A program made the position numbers and the translations under genes. The notes below the pieces were generated by a model, which was given only the letters and a program-made list of their open reading frames with translations, had not been told where the DNA came from and did not search any database. A stretch of 36,369 nt of DNA from Spirochaetaceae bacterium (GTDB lineage Bacteria; Spirochaetota; Spirochaetia; Treponematales; Breznakiellaceae): NCBI GenBank assembly GCA_031267955.1, contig JAIRYB010000197.1, positions 1 to 36,369 of the forward strand. The letters are read 5' to 3'. The first letter of the stretch is position 1. Each line of letters opens with the position of its first letter. Of this stretch, positions 17,644 to 26,332 are shown piece by piece.

Positions 17644-19837
17644 GAAAAAAGAGGCAGCTGTTGTCAAAACCGAAAAAAAGCGCGTCTCAAAAAAGAGCGT
17701 TGCCAAAAAAAATAAAAAAACACTCGTGATTGTAGAATCCCCTGCCAAGGCGAAAACCATCGAAAAATACCTGGGAGATTCCTATACCGTCAAGGCGTCC
17801 ATGGGCCATCTTATCGATCTGCCCAAGTCCCGCCTTGCTATAGACATGGGGAACAATTTTGAGCCCGAGTATATCACTGTCCGGGGCCGGGCAAAGCTCC
17901 TCAAGGAGATTCAGGCCGGCGCGAAAAAAGCGGAAGAGGTGCTGCTGGCAAGCGATAATGACCGCGAAGGCGAGGCCATTGCCTGGCATCTGCGGAACGC
18001 TATCGCCGCGAAGGCCGGCACGGTGCCGGTTAAGCGTATCAGTTTTAACGAGATAACCCCGGTGGCGATTAGGGACGCGGTGGCAAACCCCTCGGTTATA
18101 GACGAGGCAAAGGTAAACGCCCAAAAGGCGCGGCGGGTTCTGGACAGGCTGGTGGGCTACAACCTTTCGCCGCTTCTGTGGAAAAAGGTAAAGAACGGCC
18201 TTTCCGCGGGAAGGGTGCAGTCGGTGGCGCTGCGCCTGATCTGCGAGCGGGAAAAGGAAGCGGAGTCTTTTATCCCCGAGGAATACTGGACCCTGGACGC
18301 CGACTTTAAAATGGGCAGGCATTTGTTCACCGCGCAGCTTGTATCCTGGCAGGACGCCAAGCCCGAGCTTAAAACCGAAGCGGATGTAAATAGAATCAGG
18401 GATCTGGTTAAGGACAGCGATTGCGTGGTGGCCGATGTCCGGGAGACGGAAAGATCCATAAAGCCCAAGCCCCCGTTTACCACTTCGCAGCTCCAGCAGA
18501 CCGCGGCCAACCGCCTTGGTTTTACCAGCAGGAAAACTATGCAGGTCGCCCAGCAGCTTTACGAAGGGGTGAATATCGGTTCGTCCCGGGTAGGGCTTAT
18601 TACCTATATGCGCACCGATTCCGTTCGGGTTTCACAGCTTGCCCTGGACGAGGTCCGCGCCTGGATAAAGGAAAATTATCCCCAAGAGCTTCCTGAAAAG
18701 CAGGTGGAGTACTCGGTGGGGAAGAAGGCGCAGGACGCGCACGAGGCGATACGGCCTACGTATACAGGCAACACGCCGAATGACATCAAGGATTCCCTTA
18801 CCAGGGACCAGCTGAAACTCTACACGATTATCTGGGAACGCTTTGTGTCGAGCCAGATGAATCCCGCGAAAACAAAAACAGTAAGCGCGGATATCAGGGC
18901 GGGGGAGGGGATTTTCCGCGTTTCCGGGACCAAAGTTATCGAAAAGGGATTCTACAGGGCGATAAAGCTCCTCTCTTCCAAGGATGATAAAGGCGGGACC
19001 TATCCGGAACTCAAGGCCGGCGATAAACTGAAAATGGAATCGTTTTACAGCGAGCAGCATTTTACGCAGGGGCCTTCCCGGTACACCGACGCTTCTATTG
19101 TCAAAACTTTGGAGGAAAAGGGCATAGGCCGCCCCTCAACCTACGCCCCCATTATTTCGGTCCTCCTTGACCGCTACTATGTAACCCGGTCAAACCGCCA
19201 GCTTGTGCCTACGGTTCTGGGCAAGATGATATCGGATATGCTGGTCGAATATTTTCCCCATGTTGTGAACGCGGCGTTTACCGCGTCCATGGAGGACAAG
19301 CTTGACGAGGTCGAGGAAAGCCAGATCCTCTGGCCCGATATGATCCGGGAATTTTACGATCCTTTTAAAAGCCGTGTCGACGAGGTGGGAAAATCCCTGG
19401 AATCGTTTAAAGGCACTCTGGACGAAAAGACGGACTATGTATGCGAGAAGTGCGGCAAGCCCATGATGAAGAAGCTGGGCCGTTTCGGTTTTTTCCTTGC
19501 CTGTTCGGGATTCCCCGAATGCCGGAACACCAAATCCATCCCCCTGGCCAAATGCCCGAAATGCGGGGGCGATGTAGTGGCCCGGAAAACCAAGGGAAGG
19601 GGGAAGGAATTCTACGGCTGCACCAATTATCCAGAATGTGATTTTATCAGCCATTTCAAGCCCACCAGCCTCTCCTGCCCCAAGTGCGGGCAGTTCCTGG
19701 TGGAAAAATTCGACAAGAAAACCGGCAGCCACAAGGCCTGCATAAACCCGGATTGCGATTACCTGCATTCCGAAGACGGGGAGGAAGGGCTAAGCGCCGC
19801 GCAGGGCGTTCTTGCCGAGAGCGAAGATGGGGAATAA
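17633..19837 (+). CDS. topA: DNA topoisomerase I (type IA) with C-terminal Cys4 zinc ribbons
   Basis: LVIVESPAKAKTIEKYLG, DNDREGEAI, ITYMRTDS (active-site Tyr), and C-terminal CEKCGKPM..CSGFPEC, CPKCGG..CTNYPEC, CPKCG..CINPDC. ATG 17633 is preferred because GAGG lies 6 nt upstream. The track starts at GTG 17621. Confidence 0.95.
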   Translation: MAVKKKEAAVVKTEKKRVSKKSVAKKNKKTLVIVESPAKAKTIEKYLGDSYTVKASMGHLIDLPKSRLAIDMGNNFEPEYITVRGRAKLLKEIQAGAKKAEEVLLASDNDREGEAIAWHLRNAIAAKAGTVPVKRISFNEITPVAIRDAVANPSVIDEAKVNAQKARRVLDRLVGYNLSPLLWKKVKNGLSAGRVQSVALRLICEREKEAESFIPEEYWTLDADFKMGRHLFTAQLVSWQDAKPELKTEADVNRIRDLVKDSDCVVADVRETERSIKPKPPFTTSQLQQTAANRLGFTSRKTMQVAQQLYEGVNIGSSRVGLITYMRTDSVRVSQLALDEVRAWIKENYPQELPEKQVEYSVGKKAQDAHEAIRPTYTGNTPNDIKDSLTRDQLKLYTIIWERFVSSQMNPAKTKTVSADIRAGEGIFRVSGTKVIEKGFYRAIKLLSSKDDKGGTYPELKAGDKLKMESFYSEQHFTQGPSRYTDASIVKTLEEKGIGRPSTYAPIISVLLDRYYVTRSNRQLVPTVLGKMISDMLVEYFPHVVNAAFTASMEDKLDEVEESQILWPDMIREFYDPFKSRVDEVGKSLESFKGTLDEKTDYVCEKCGKPMMKKLGRFGFFLACSGFPECRNTKSIPLAKCPKCGGDVVARKTKGRGKEFYGCTNYPECDFISHFKPTSLSCPKCGQFLVEKFDKKTGSHKACINPDCDYLHSEDGEEGLSAAQGVLAESEDGE

Positions 19838-20816
19838 AAAAGATCCCGCCGCCCTGTCCCGGGACAGGCTTTCCGCGGCCGGGGCGCCTGAAAAACAGAA
19901 AATCCCCCTGCCCCAGGATATGGAAACCTATCTCTCCTATCTCCGGTCCGTACGGGGCATGTCCGAGCGCACCTTGCAGGCATACCGGAACGATCTTGCC
20001 GCGTTTACGGTTTACTGTTTTAACTACGGGGTGGACCCCGTGACTGCGGGAACGTCGGAAATACGCATGTTTATCGGGGAGATGAGCGCACAGGGCATGG
20101 CGTCGGTAAGCGTGAACCGGAGCCTTTCCTCGATACGGGGGCTTTACCGCTGGTTCTGCCGGAACAATATCCGCGACGACAATCCTTCGTCGCAGTTGCG
20201 TAACCTGAAAGTCCCCCGGAATCTCCCGGTGTTTCTCTGGGAGGACGAAATGGCCGAATTCGCCGAACTTCCCGAGACAGCGGGGATACTGTGGCCCGAC
20301 CGGGACAAGGCGCTCATCCACCTGATGTACTCCGGGGGGCTGCGTATCTCGGAAACTGTTTCCCTGACCCTGCCTGTTCTGGACCGGGATCTCCTGGGGG
20401 CAAGGGTAATCGGCAAGGGGAACAAAGAGCGGCATGTGTTTTTTTCAGGCGAAGGGCGCGAGGCCCTTCTTGCCTGGCTTCCCTGCCGGAAAAACGGCAT
20501 TATTGCGGAGCGCCCGACGGAAAGGCTTTTTATCAGCCGCAGGGGGGCCCCCCTTTCGGTTTCCGGCATCAGGTTTATTATCGGCAAATACGCCGGGATA
20601 TCCTCCACTGTCAAGAACGTACACCCGCACGCGCTCCGCCACAGTTTTGCTACTCATCTTGTAAATTATGGCTGCGATGTCCGGGTAGTGCAGGAACTTT
20701 TGGGTCACGCCAGCCTTTCTACCACCCAGCGTTATACCCATGTGGATATCGAGGGCCTGAAGCGGGTGTACGCTGAGGCCCATCCCCACGGCGACCGGAA
20801 GAATACGACAAAATGA
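19827..20816 (+). CDS. xerC: Tyrosine site-specific recombinase, XerC/CodV-like
   Basis: [33 protein letters not shown] and [39 protein letters not shown]. It sits immediately upstream of hslVU, like codV in Bacillus subtilis. The start is ambiguous (TTG 19812, ATG 19827, ATG 19920). Confidence 0.8.
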   Translation: MGNKKDPAALSRDRLSAAGAPEKQKIPLPQDMETYLSYLRSVRGMSERTLQAYRNDLAAFTVYCFNYGVDPVTAGTSEIRMFIGEMSAQGMASVSVNRSLSSIRGLYRWFCRNNIRDDNPSSQLRNLKVPRNLPVFLWEDEMAEFAELPETAGILWPDRDKALIHLMYSGGLRISETVSLTLPVLDRDLLGARVIGKGNKERHVFFSGEGREALLAWLPCRKNGIIAERPTERLFISRRGAPLSVSGIRFIIGKYAGISSTVKNVHPHALRHSFATHLVNYGCDVRVVQELLGHASLSTTQRYTHVDIEGLKRVYAEAHPHGDRKNTTK

Positions 20817-21373
20817 AGGACAGAAAAATGAAACAAAACAGGAAATTCCGTTCTACAACAGTACTGGCCGTCAGAAAAGACGGAAAAGTTGCCCTGGCCG
20901 GGGACGGGCAGGTAACTTTCGGCGAGACGGTGATGAAGAGCAATGCCCGCAAAGTGCGCCGGCTTTTGGACGGCAAGGTACTCTGCGGTTTTGCCGGGGC
21001 CACTGCCGACGCTTTTACCCTGTTTGACCGTTTTGAGGAAAAGCTCAAAGAATATTCAGGGGACCTTACCCGGGCCGCGGTGGAGCTTGCGCAGGCGTGG
21101 CGTACCGACCGGAACCTCCGCCGCCTTGAGGCCATGCTGCTCGTCGCGGACAAGGCCAAAACCCTGCTTATAAGCGGGACCGGGGATGTAGTGGAACCGG
21201 CCGCCGATGCCCTGGCCATAGGGTCCGGCGGGAATTACGCGTATGCCGCCGCATTGGCGTATCTGGACAGCGGTAATTTTACCGCGCAGGAAATAGCGGA
21301 AAAGAGCCTCAGGATTGCGGGGGATATTTGTATTTATACTAACGGAAACATAACGGTGGAGGTACTGGAATGA
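20813..21373 (+). CDS. hslV: ATP-dependent protease subunit HslV (ClpQ)
   Basis: [38 protein letters not shown]...[10 protein letters not shown] is the HslV Ntn-hydrolase fold, with a short pro-peptide before the TT nucleophile. Alternative start ATG 20828 has a better AAGGA spacing. Confidence 0.92.
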   Translation: MKDRKMKQNRKFRSTTVLAVRKDGKVALAGDGQVTFGETVMKSNARKVRRLLDGKVLCGFAGATADAFTLFDRFEEKLKEYSGDLTRAAVELAQAWRTDRNLRRLEAMLLVADKAKTLLISGTGDVVEPAADALAIGSGGNYAYAAALAYLDSGNFTAQEIAEKSLRIAGDICIYTNGNITVEVLE

Positions 21374-22911
21374 CGGGCGACAGAAAAACTACGAACAGGA
21401 ACGCGGACGAGCTGTCTCCCCGGGAAATCGTCGCGGAACTGGACAAGTACATAGTGGGCCAGAAGAAGGCCAAGCGGGCGGTGGCGGTGGCCCTGCGGAA
21501 CCGCACCCGGCGGCTCAAGCTGGACCCGGAAGTACGGGAAGACATAGCCCCCAAGAATATCCTTATGATCGGCCCCACCGGCGTGGGAAAAACCGAGATA
21601 GCCCGGCGCCTGGCGAAGCTCGCCGGGTCTCCTTTTATCAAGGTGGAGGCTACCAAGTACACCGAGGTCGGCTATGTGGGCCGCGATGTGGAGTCCATGA
21701 TCCGGGACCTCATGGCCGCCGGGGTGCAGATGGTAAAACAGGAAATGCAGGAAGCCGTTACCGCCGAGGCGGAAAGGCGGGCCGAGGAAGTGCTGCTGGA
21801 TATGCTTTTGCCCGGAAAAAAGAAAAAGGCCCCGGGCCCCGCTTCCCCGATGATACGGCCCATGGGTACTTTTTCCCTTAACCCCGGCGATTCAGGCGGC
21901 GGCCCTTCCCTTATCGGGACCGCTATCCAGGTGGGGATACCCATAGGGCGCGGCCAGGAAGGCGCGGAGGTGGCCGTACCGGCGGAACCCGAAGAGCCTA
22001 TCGGGGCGGACGCCGCCGAAGCCGGCCCCGCCGATTCTACCAGGGAAAAATTCCGGGCCATGCTGCGGGAAGGCAGGCTTGAGAACCGCAGCGTGGAGAT
22101 CATGGTGAATCAGAATCCCCAGTTCCCCGCTTTCGGGACTTTGGGCGGCGGCATGGAGGAAATCGAATCGAACCTTTCGGTAATTATGGGCGCCATGGGC
22201 GGAGGCAAAAAGAAAAAGGTAGTTACCGTCAAGCGGGCAAAGGAAATACTTATTGCCGAAGAATCGGAAAAACTTATAGACCGCGACCGGATGACCGACG
22301 AGGCCCGGCAGCGGGTGGAGGAGATGGGCATCGTCTTTATCGACGAAATCGACAAGATCGCCGTAAAGGGCGACCGGGGCGGCGGCCACGATGTTTCCAG
22401 GGAAGGCGTGCAGCGGGACATACTCCCCATTGTCGAAGGGGCCACGGTGAATACCAAGTGGGGGCCGGTGAATACGGACCATATCCTCTTTATCGCCGCG
22501 GGGGCGTTTAACATCAGCAAGCCTTCGGATCTGATCCCGGAGCTTCAGGGCCGTTTCCCGCTCAGGGTGGAACTTGATTCGCTGGGCAAGGACGAGTTCC
22601 TCCGCATACTGACCGAGCCGAAGAATGCGCTGACCAAACAGTACCGGGACCTCCTGGGTACCGAGGGCGTGGAAATTGAATTCCAGGACGACGCGGTTGA
22701 CCGCCTTGCCGCCCTGGCGGCGGAGGTCAATTCCAGGCTTGAGAATATCGGGGCCAGGCGGCTCCACACGATCATGGAGGCGCTTCTTGAGGAGCTTTCC
22801 TTTGAAGCGCCGGATATAGCGCCGGCAAATGTGCCGATCACCGAGGCGTATGTCAACGAGCGCCTTGCCGATCTGGCAACCGATCAGGATTTGGGGAGGT
22901 ACATATTGTAG
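21370..22911 (+). CDS. hslU: ATP-dependent protease ATPase subunit HslU (ClpY), with an enlarged I-domain
   Basis: [31 protein letters not shown], Walker [59 protein letters not shown] and a C-terminal DLGRYIL. 513 aa. Confidence 0.95.
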   Translation: MTGDRKTTNRNADELSPREIVAELDKYIVGQKKAKRAVAVALRNRTRRLKLDPEVREDIAPKNILMIGPTGVGKTEIARRLAKLAGSPFIKVEATKYTEVGYVGRDVESMIRDLMAAGVQMVKQEMQEAVTAEAERRAEEVLLDMLLPGKKKKAPGPASPMIRPMGTFSLNPGDSGGGPSLIGTAIQVGIPIGRGQEGAEVAVPAEPEEPIGADAAEAGPADSTREKFRAMLREGRLENRSVEIMVNQNPQFPAFGTLGGGMEEIESNLSVIMGAMGGGKKKKVVTVKRAKEILIAEESEKLIDRDRMTDEARQRVEEMGIVFIDEIDKIAVKGDRGGGHDVSREGVQRDILPIVEGATVNTKWGPVNTDHILFIAAGAFNISKPSDLIPELQGRFPLRVELDSLGKDEFLRILTEPKNALTKQYRDLLGTEGVEIEFQDDAVDRLAALAAEVNSRLENIGARRLHTIMEALLEELSFEAPDIAPANVPITEAYVNERLADLATDQDLGRYIL

Positions 22912-22925
22912 CGGAATTTACCGGC

Positions 22926-23112
22926 GGGGGGGTAGCGGAAGACTTGCTCCGGGCCGCAGGCCCTTGCCTGTTTTTCAGGGGATTTTGCGGCAAACCGCAA
23001 AGCGGTTTGATTTTGCGAAATTCCGCGGAGAGGCGGGGCAAGGCTGGAGCGCAGGGGGGCCGGACGGCGGCCTGTTCATTTCGCGCCCGCCTCCCGGTAA
23101 CAGGCCCCCCGC
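22926..23112. repeat. Copy B of the GC-rich structured intergenic repeat (same orientation as copy A, larger internal insert)
   Basis: GGGGGGGTAGC lies at 22926-22936. GCGCA-GGGGGGCC-GGACGGCGGCCT...CCCGCC...CGGTAACA-GGCCCCCC-GC spans 23049-23112. The closing stem is GGGGGGCC (23054-23061) with GGCCCCCC (23103-23110). Confidence 0.7.
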
Positions 23113-23133
23113 TAACCGTAAAAAGGCTAAAGG

Positions 23134-23161
23134 TAAAGCGCGGTTTTGAAAATGCCGATGA
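23134..23161 (+). promoter_or_regulatory. Sigma-28 (FliA)-type promoter-like element upstream of flgB
   Basis: TAAAGCGC-N12-GCCGATGA compared with the enterobacterial consensus TAAAGTTT-N11-GCCGATAA. It ends 20 nt before the TTG start of flgB. Confidence 0.35.
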
Positions 23162-23181
23162 TCCAAAAGGAGGGTTAGATT

Positions 23182-23598
23182 TTGACCGTTAATAGTTTTC
23201 AAAAAACCATTGATTTGCTCCACAGGGGGATGGACGCGAGCCTGGTAAGGCGGGATGTTATCGCCAATAATCTTTCCAACGCGGGCGTGCCTAACTTTAA
23301 AAGGTCCGAGGTGAACTTCGAGTCCGAGCTGAAAAAGGCCCTGGAAACCGAAAAGCTCAGGCCGGCCCTGGAGCTGAAACTTACCGATCCCCGGCATATC
23401 CCCAACTGGAGGGAGCGTGACTACCGGGAGGTAAAGCCCCGGCGCGTTCTGGACTATATCAGCAGTTCCCGGAACAACGGGAACAATGTTGACGCCGAGC
23501 AGGAATTTATGCTGGCACTGGAAAACCAGATGATGTACACGCTGCTTTCGCAGTCGGCGGCCTTTGAATTCGGCCAGATATCTTCCGCGTTAAGATAG
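23182..23598 (+). CDS. flgB: Flagellar basal-body rod protein FlgB
   Basis: TTG start 7 nt after AAAGGAGGG. RRDVIANNLSNAGVPNFKR is the rod-protein N-terminal motif. It is the first gene of the flgB-fliJ block. Confidence 0.9.
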   Translation: MTVNSFQKTIDLLHRGMDASLVRRDVIANNLSNAGVPNFKRSEVNFESELKKALETEKLRPALELKLTDPRHIPNWRERDYREVKPRRVLDYISSSRNNGNNVDAEQEFMLALENQMMYTLLSQSAAFEFGQISSALR

Positions 23599-23612
23599 GA
23601 TAGGAGGAGAGT

Positions 23613-24074
23613 ATGGGGCTTTTCAGTTCGATTAATATTGCGGCGACCGGGATGAGCGCGGAAAGGCAGCGCACCGATGTTATCGCCGACAATATCGCCA
23701 ACGCCTCTACCACCCGCACATCCGAGGGCGGGCCTTTCCGCAGGAGCCGGGTGATCATGAGGCCCCGCGTCGAGGAACCTTACTGGCGTTCGCCTTTCCT
23801 GCCGGAAATGCTGGACAACGGCGCGGGCAAGGGGGTGCGGGTCGCGGAGGTGCAGAAAGACTACGCCGCGGAACTCCGGCTGGTCTACGATCCTACCCAT
23901 CCCGACGCCATTAAAACAGGCCCGAGGACGGGTTATGTGGAGATGCCCAATGTGGACATTGTGACGGAAATGACCGACATGATCGCCGCGTCCCGCGCCT
24001 ATGAAGCCAACGCGTCCATTATCGAGGGATCGAAGGCCATGTTCCTGAAAGCCCTGGATATTGGGGCGCGGTAG
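23613..24074 (+). CDS. flgC: Flagellar basal-body rod protein FlgC
   Basis: MGLFSSINIAATGMSAERQRTDVIADNIANASTT and C-terminal YVEMPNVDIVTEMTDMIAASRAYEANA are FlgC signatures. Confidence 0.93.
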   Translation: MGLFSSINIAATGMSAERQRTDVIADNIANASTTRTSEGGPFRRSRVIMRPRVEEPYWRSPFLPEMLDNGAGKGVRVAEVQKDYAAELRLVYDPTHPDAIKTGPRTGYVEMPNVDIVTEMTDMIAASRAYEANASIIEGSKAMFLKALDIGAR

Positions 24075-24090
24075 TCCGAATCTAAGGCTG

Positions 24091-24118
24091 CTTTTCCAAA
24101 ACCGAAGTTTTGGGAAAG
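24091..24118 (+). other. 12-bp hairpin in the flgC-fliE spacer
   Basis: CTTTTCCAAAAC (24091-24102), loop cgaa, GTTTTGGGAAAG (24107-24118). There is one G-U pair and all others are Watson-Crick. No U-tract follows. Confidence 0.5.
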
Positions 24119-24160
24119 CCCTGGCATAAACGGAATAAGAATTATTATGGGGGGGAAGGA

Positions 24161-24559
24161 ATGACAATTTACAGGCCGGAACTGGTTCACGGCGACAAGG
24201 TACCGATGAAAGTTACCCATCCCCGGCACATGGTGCCGGTAAAGGGGGAATTTTCCATAGGGGGGAAGACGGTGAACGGCCGGGGCGCGCTTGCCGCGGA
24301 ACTGGGCGATAAAATCGGCGCCGAGGCGGTCCTGCGGGCCGGGACTTTCGAGGACGCCATGCTCCGGGCGGTCGACAAGGTAAGCGCGACGGAGAATTTC
24401 GCGGCCGCGCTTGCCCAAAAGGCGATTGTTGATCCTGATTCGATAGACCCGCACGATCTGACCATCGCCCAGGCGGAGGCGCAGATGTCGTTAAACATAA
24501 CCCGCACTATCCTTAACCGGATCGTGCAGGGCTGGAGAGATTTGATAAATACACGGTAA
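24161..24559 (+). CDS. fliE: Flagellar hook-basal body complex protein FliE (with about 30 extra N-terminal residues)
   Basis: ATG 24161 follows GGGGGGAAGGA. The C-terminal FEDAMLRAVDKVSATENFA...DLTIAQAEAQMSLNITRTILNRIVQGWRDLIN matches the FliE family. Position between flgC and fliF fits. Confidence 0.8.
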   Translation: MTIYRPELVHGDKVPMKVTHPRHMVPVKGEFSIGGKTVNGRGALAAELGDKIGAEAVLRAGTFEDAMLRAVDKVSATENFAAALAQKAIVDPDSIDPHDLTIAQAEAQMSLNITRTILNRIVQGWRDLINTR

Positions 24560-24622
24560 TTTTTTTTAGAATAGAATAGCATAACAGGAACTTGCAAAGC
24601 TAATTCCTAACGGGAGGGGAAC

Positions 24623-26329
24623 ATGCCGGCATTTTTAAGAAAACTAATTGCGCAAATTTTGGCTCTCTGGGGGAAGTGGACCCTTGTCCAAAAGGCCGTC
24701 CTTATAGGCATTACCGCCGCCGCTGTCGGCGGTATCGTGTTGCTCGTTACCATGTCGTCCAAACCCAGTATGGTGGCGGTTATCGACCGCCCCATACGGG
24801 ACGATGTGGAGCTTGACCGTATTGTCACCCGGATAAACGAGGAGGGGATCAGGGCGACGGTGAGCCCGGCGGGGATTGTAATGGTTCCCGACGAAACCGC
24901 CGCCAGGCGCGTGCGCGCCGTCCTGATACGGGAGGATCTTATTCCCACGGGGACCGATCCCTGGCAGATCTTCGACCAGGACCGGTGGACCATCACCGAT
25001 TTTGAGCGGAACGTAAACCTCCGCCGGGCCATAACGCAGATGGTGCGCGATCACATAAAAGCCCTGGACGATGTGGACGACGCCGATGTTACGATTGTCC
25101 AGCCCGAAAGGGAACTTTTCGCCCAGGACCAGGACCCGGTTACCGCGAGCGTCATTATTACCCCCAAGCCGGGCAGCGATATTACCCAGAACCGCAAGAA
25201 AATAGAAGGCGTCCAGAAGATCCTCAAATTCGCGGTCCAGGGGCTGCAGGACGGGAATATTATAATCGCCGACCAAAACGGAAACCAGCTGAACGACTTT
25301 GAGGGCATGGCCGCGCTCGACCGGCTTACCCTTATCGAGCGGGAGGCCAAGATCGTCCAGGCCCTGGAAACCAAATACCGGGCGCAGATACTTAAATCTT
25401 TGCAGGAAACTTTTACCGCGGACCGGGTGCGGGACCTTAATATCAAGATCGATATGGATATGTCGAAGAAAGAAGTCAACACCGACGAATACTTCCCCGT
25501 CACGAGGAAGCCCAGGACCCCGGGGCTTGCCTATGACGATTCGGAGCTTCTCAATTCCGTCACTATTTCCGAATCCACTTCCAGCACGGCCTGGAAGGGG
25601 ACCGGTTTCAATCCCGAAGGCCCTCCGGGGGTGGAAGGCCAGACAACGCCCGCCTTCCGGGATATGTCCAATCTTTACGGCGAAGTTACCCAGCAGACCA
25701 AAACCCACAACGAGGTGATCAACAACCGGAAAATACAGGAAGAGCGCAGCCCCACTATAGACCGGGTAACTGTTTCTGTAAACATCGACGGCACCTGGAA
25801 GTGGAAGTACGATGAGAAGCGCAGCCCGGCGATCACGCCCGAGAACACCATCGAGCGCGAGTACACCCCGGTCCCTGCGGAGGCTTTGGCCGGGGCGCGG
25901 TCCATCATCGAAAAGGCCGTGGGCTACAAGAACGACTGGGGGGAGACGGTGACCGTGACGAATATCCAGGTTGACCGGACCGCCCAGTTCGCCTCTGAAG
26001 ACGCCGCCTACTTCCGCAAGCAGCAGACACAGCTTATAATACTGATAGTTCTCATCGGGTTTGTATTGCTTGCCGCGGGTTTTATCGCGTTCCGCATTAT
26101 TTCCCGGGAACTGGAAAGGCGGCGCAGGCTGCGCGAGGAAGAGATTTCCCGGCAGCAGCAGGCCCTGCGGGAGAGCGCGCTTCTGGAATCCGAGAACGAA
26201 GGGGTGGAGGTTTCCATGTCCGTGGAAGAGAAGCGGCGCATGGAGCTTCAGGAGAACGCGATCAATATGGCAAAGGAACACCCCGGCGATGTGGCCCAGC
26301 TTATCAGAACCTGGCTGATGGAGGAATAA
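24623..26329 (+). CDS. fliF: Flagellar MS-ring protein FliF
   Basis: 568 aa. N-terminal TM helix (LIGITAAAVGGIVLLV), periplasmic ring-building region, second TM helix (LIILIVLIGFVLLAAGFIAF), and a C-terminal FliG-binding tail DVAQLIRTWL. Confidence 0.93.
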   Translation: MPAFLRKLIAQILALWGKWTLVQKAVLIGITAAAVGGIVLLVTMSSKPSMVAVIDRPIRDDVELDRIVTRINEEGIRATVSPAGIVMVPDETAARRVRAVLIREDLIPTGTDPWQIFDQDRWTITDFERNVNLRRAITQMVRDHIKALDDVDDADVTIVQPERELFAQDQDPVTASVIITPKPGSDITQNRKKIEGVQKILKFAVQGLQDGNIIIADQNGNQLNDFEGMAALDRLTLIEREAKIVQALETKYRAQILKSLQETFTADRVRDLNIKIDMDMSKKEVNTDEYFPVTRKPRTPGLAYDDSELLNSVTISESTSSTAWKGTGFNPEGPPGVEGQTTPAFRDMSNLYGEVTQQTKTHNEVINNRKIQEERSPTIDRVTVSVNIDGTWKWKYDEKRSPAITPENTIEREYTPVPAEALAGARSIIEKAVGYKNDWGETVTVTNIQVDRTAQFASEDAAYFRKQQTQLIILIVLIGFVLLAAGFIAFRIISRELERRRRLREEEISRQQQALRESALLESENEGVEVSMSVEEKRRMELQENAINMAKEHPGDVAQLIRTWLMEE

Positions 26330-26332
26330 AAC

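Noticed and set aside
22987-23009. GCGGCAAACCGCAAAGCGG, reminiscent of the GGCAAACC / ACGCAAAGC blocks of c-di-GMP-I (GEMM) riboswitches
   Set aside because: The spacing is wrong. The two blocks form one small hairpin instead of sitting in separate P1/P2 helices. The flanking conserved GEMM positions and the tetraloop/receptor arrangement are absent.
24644-26281. 545-aa ORF antisense to almost the whole of fliF
   Set aside because: It is a shadow ORF typical of GC-rich DNA. The translation is Gly/Arg/Pro/Leu/His-rich with no recognisable domain. The opposite strand encodes an unmistakable FliF with operon-consistent spacing.
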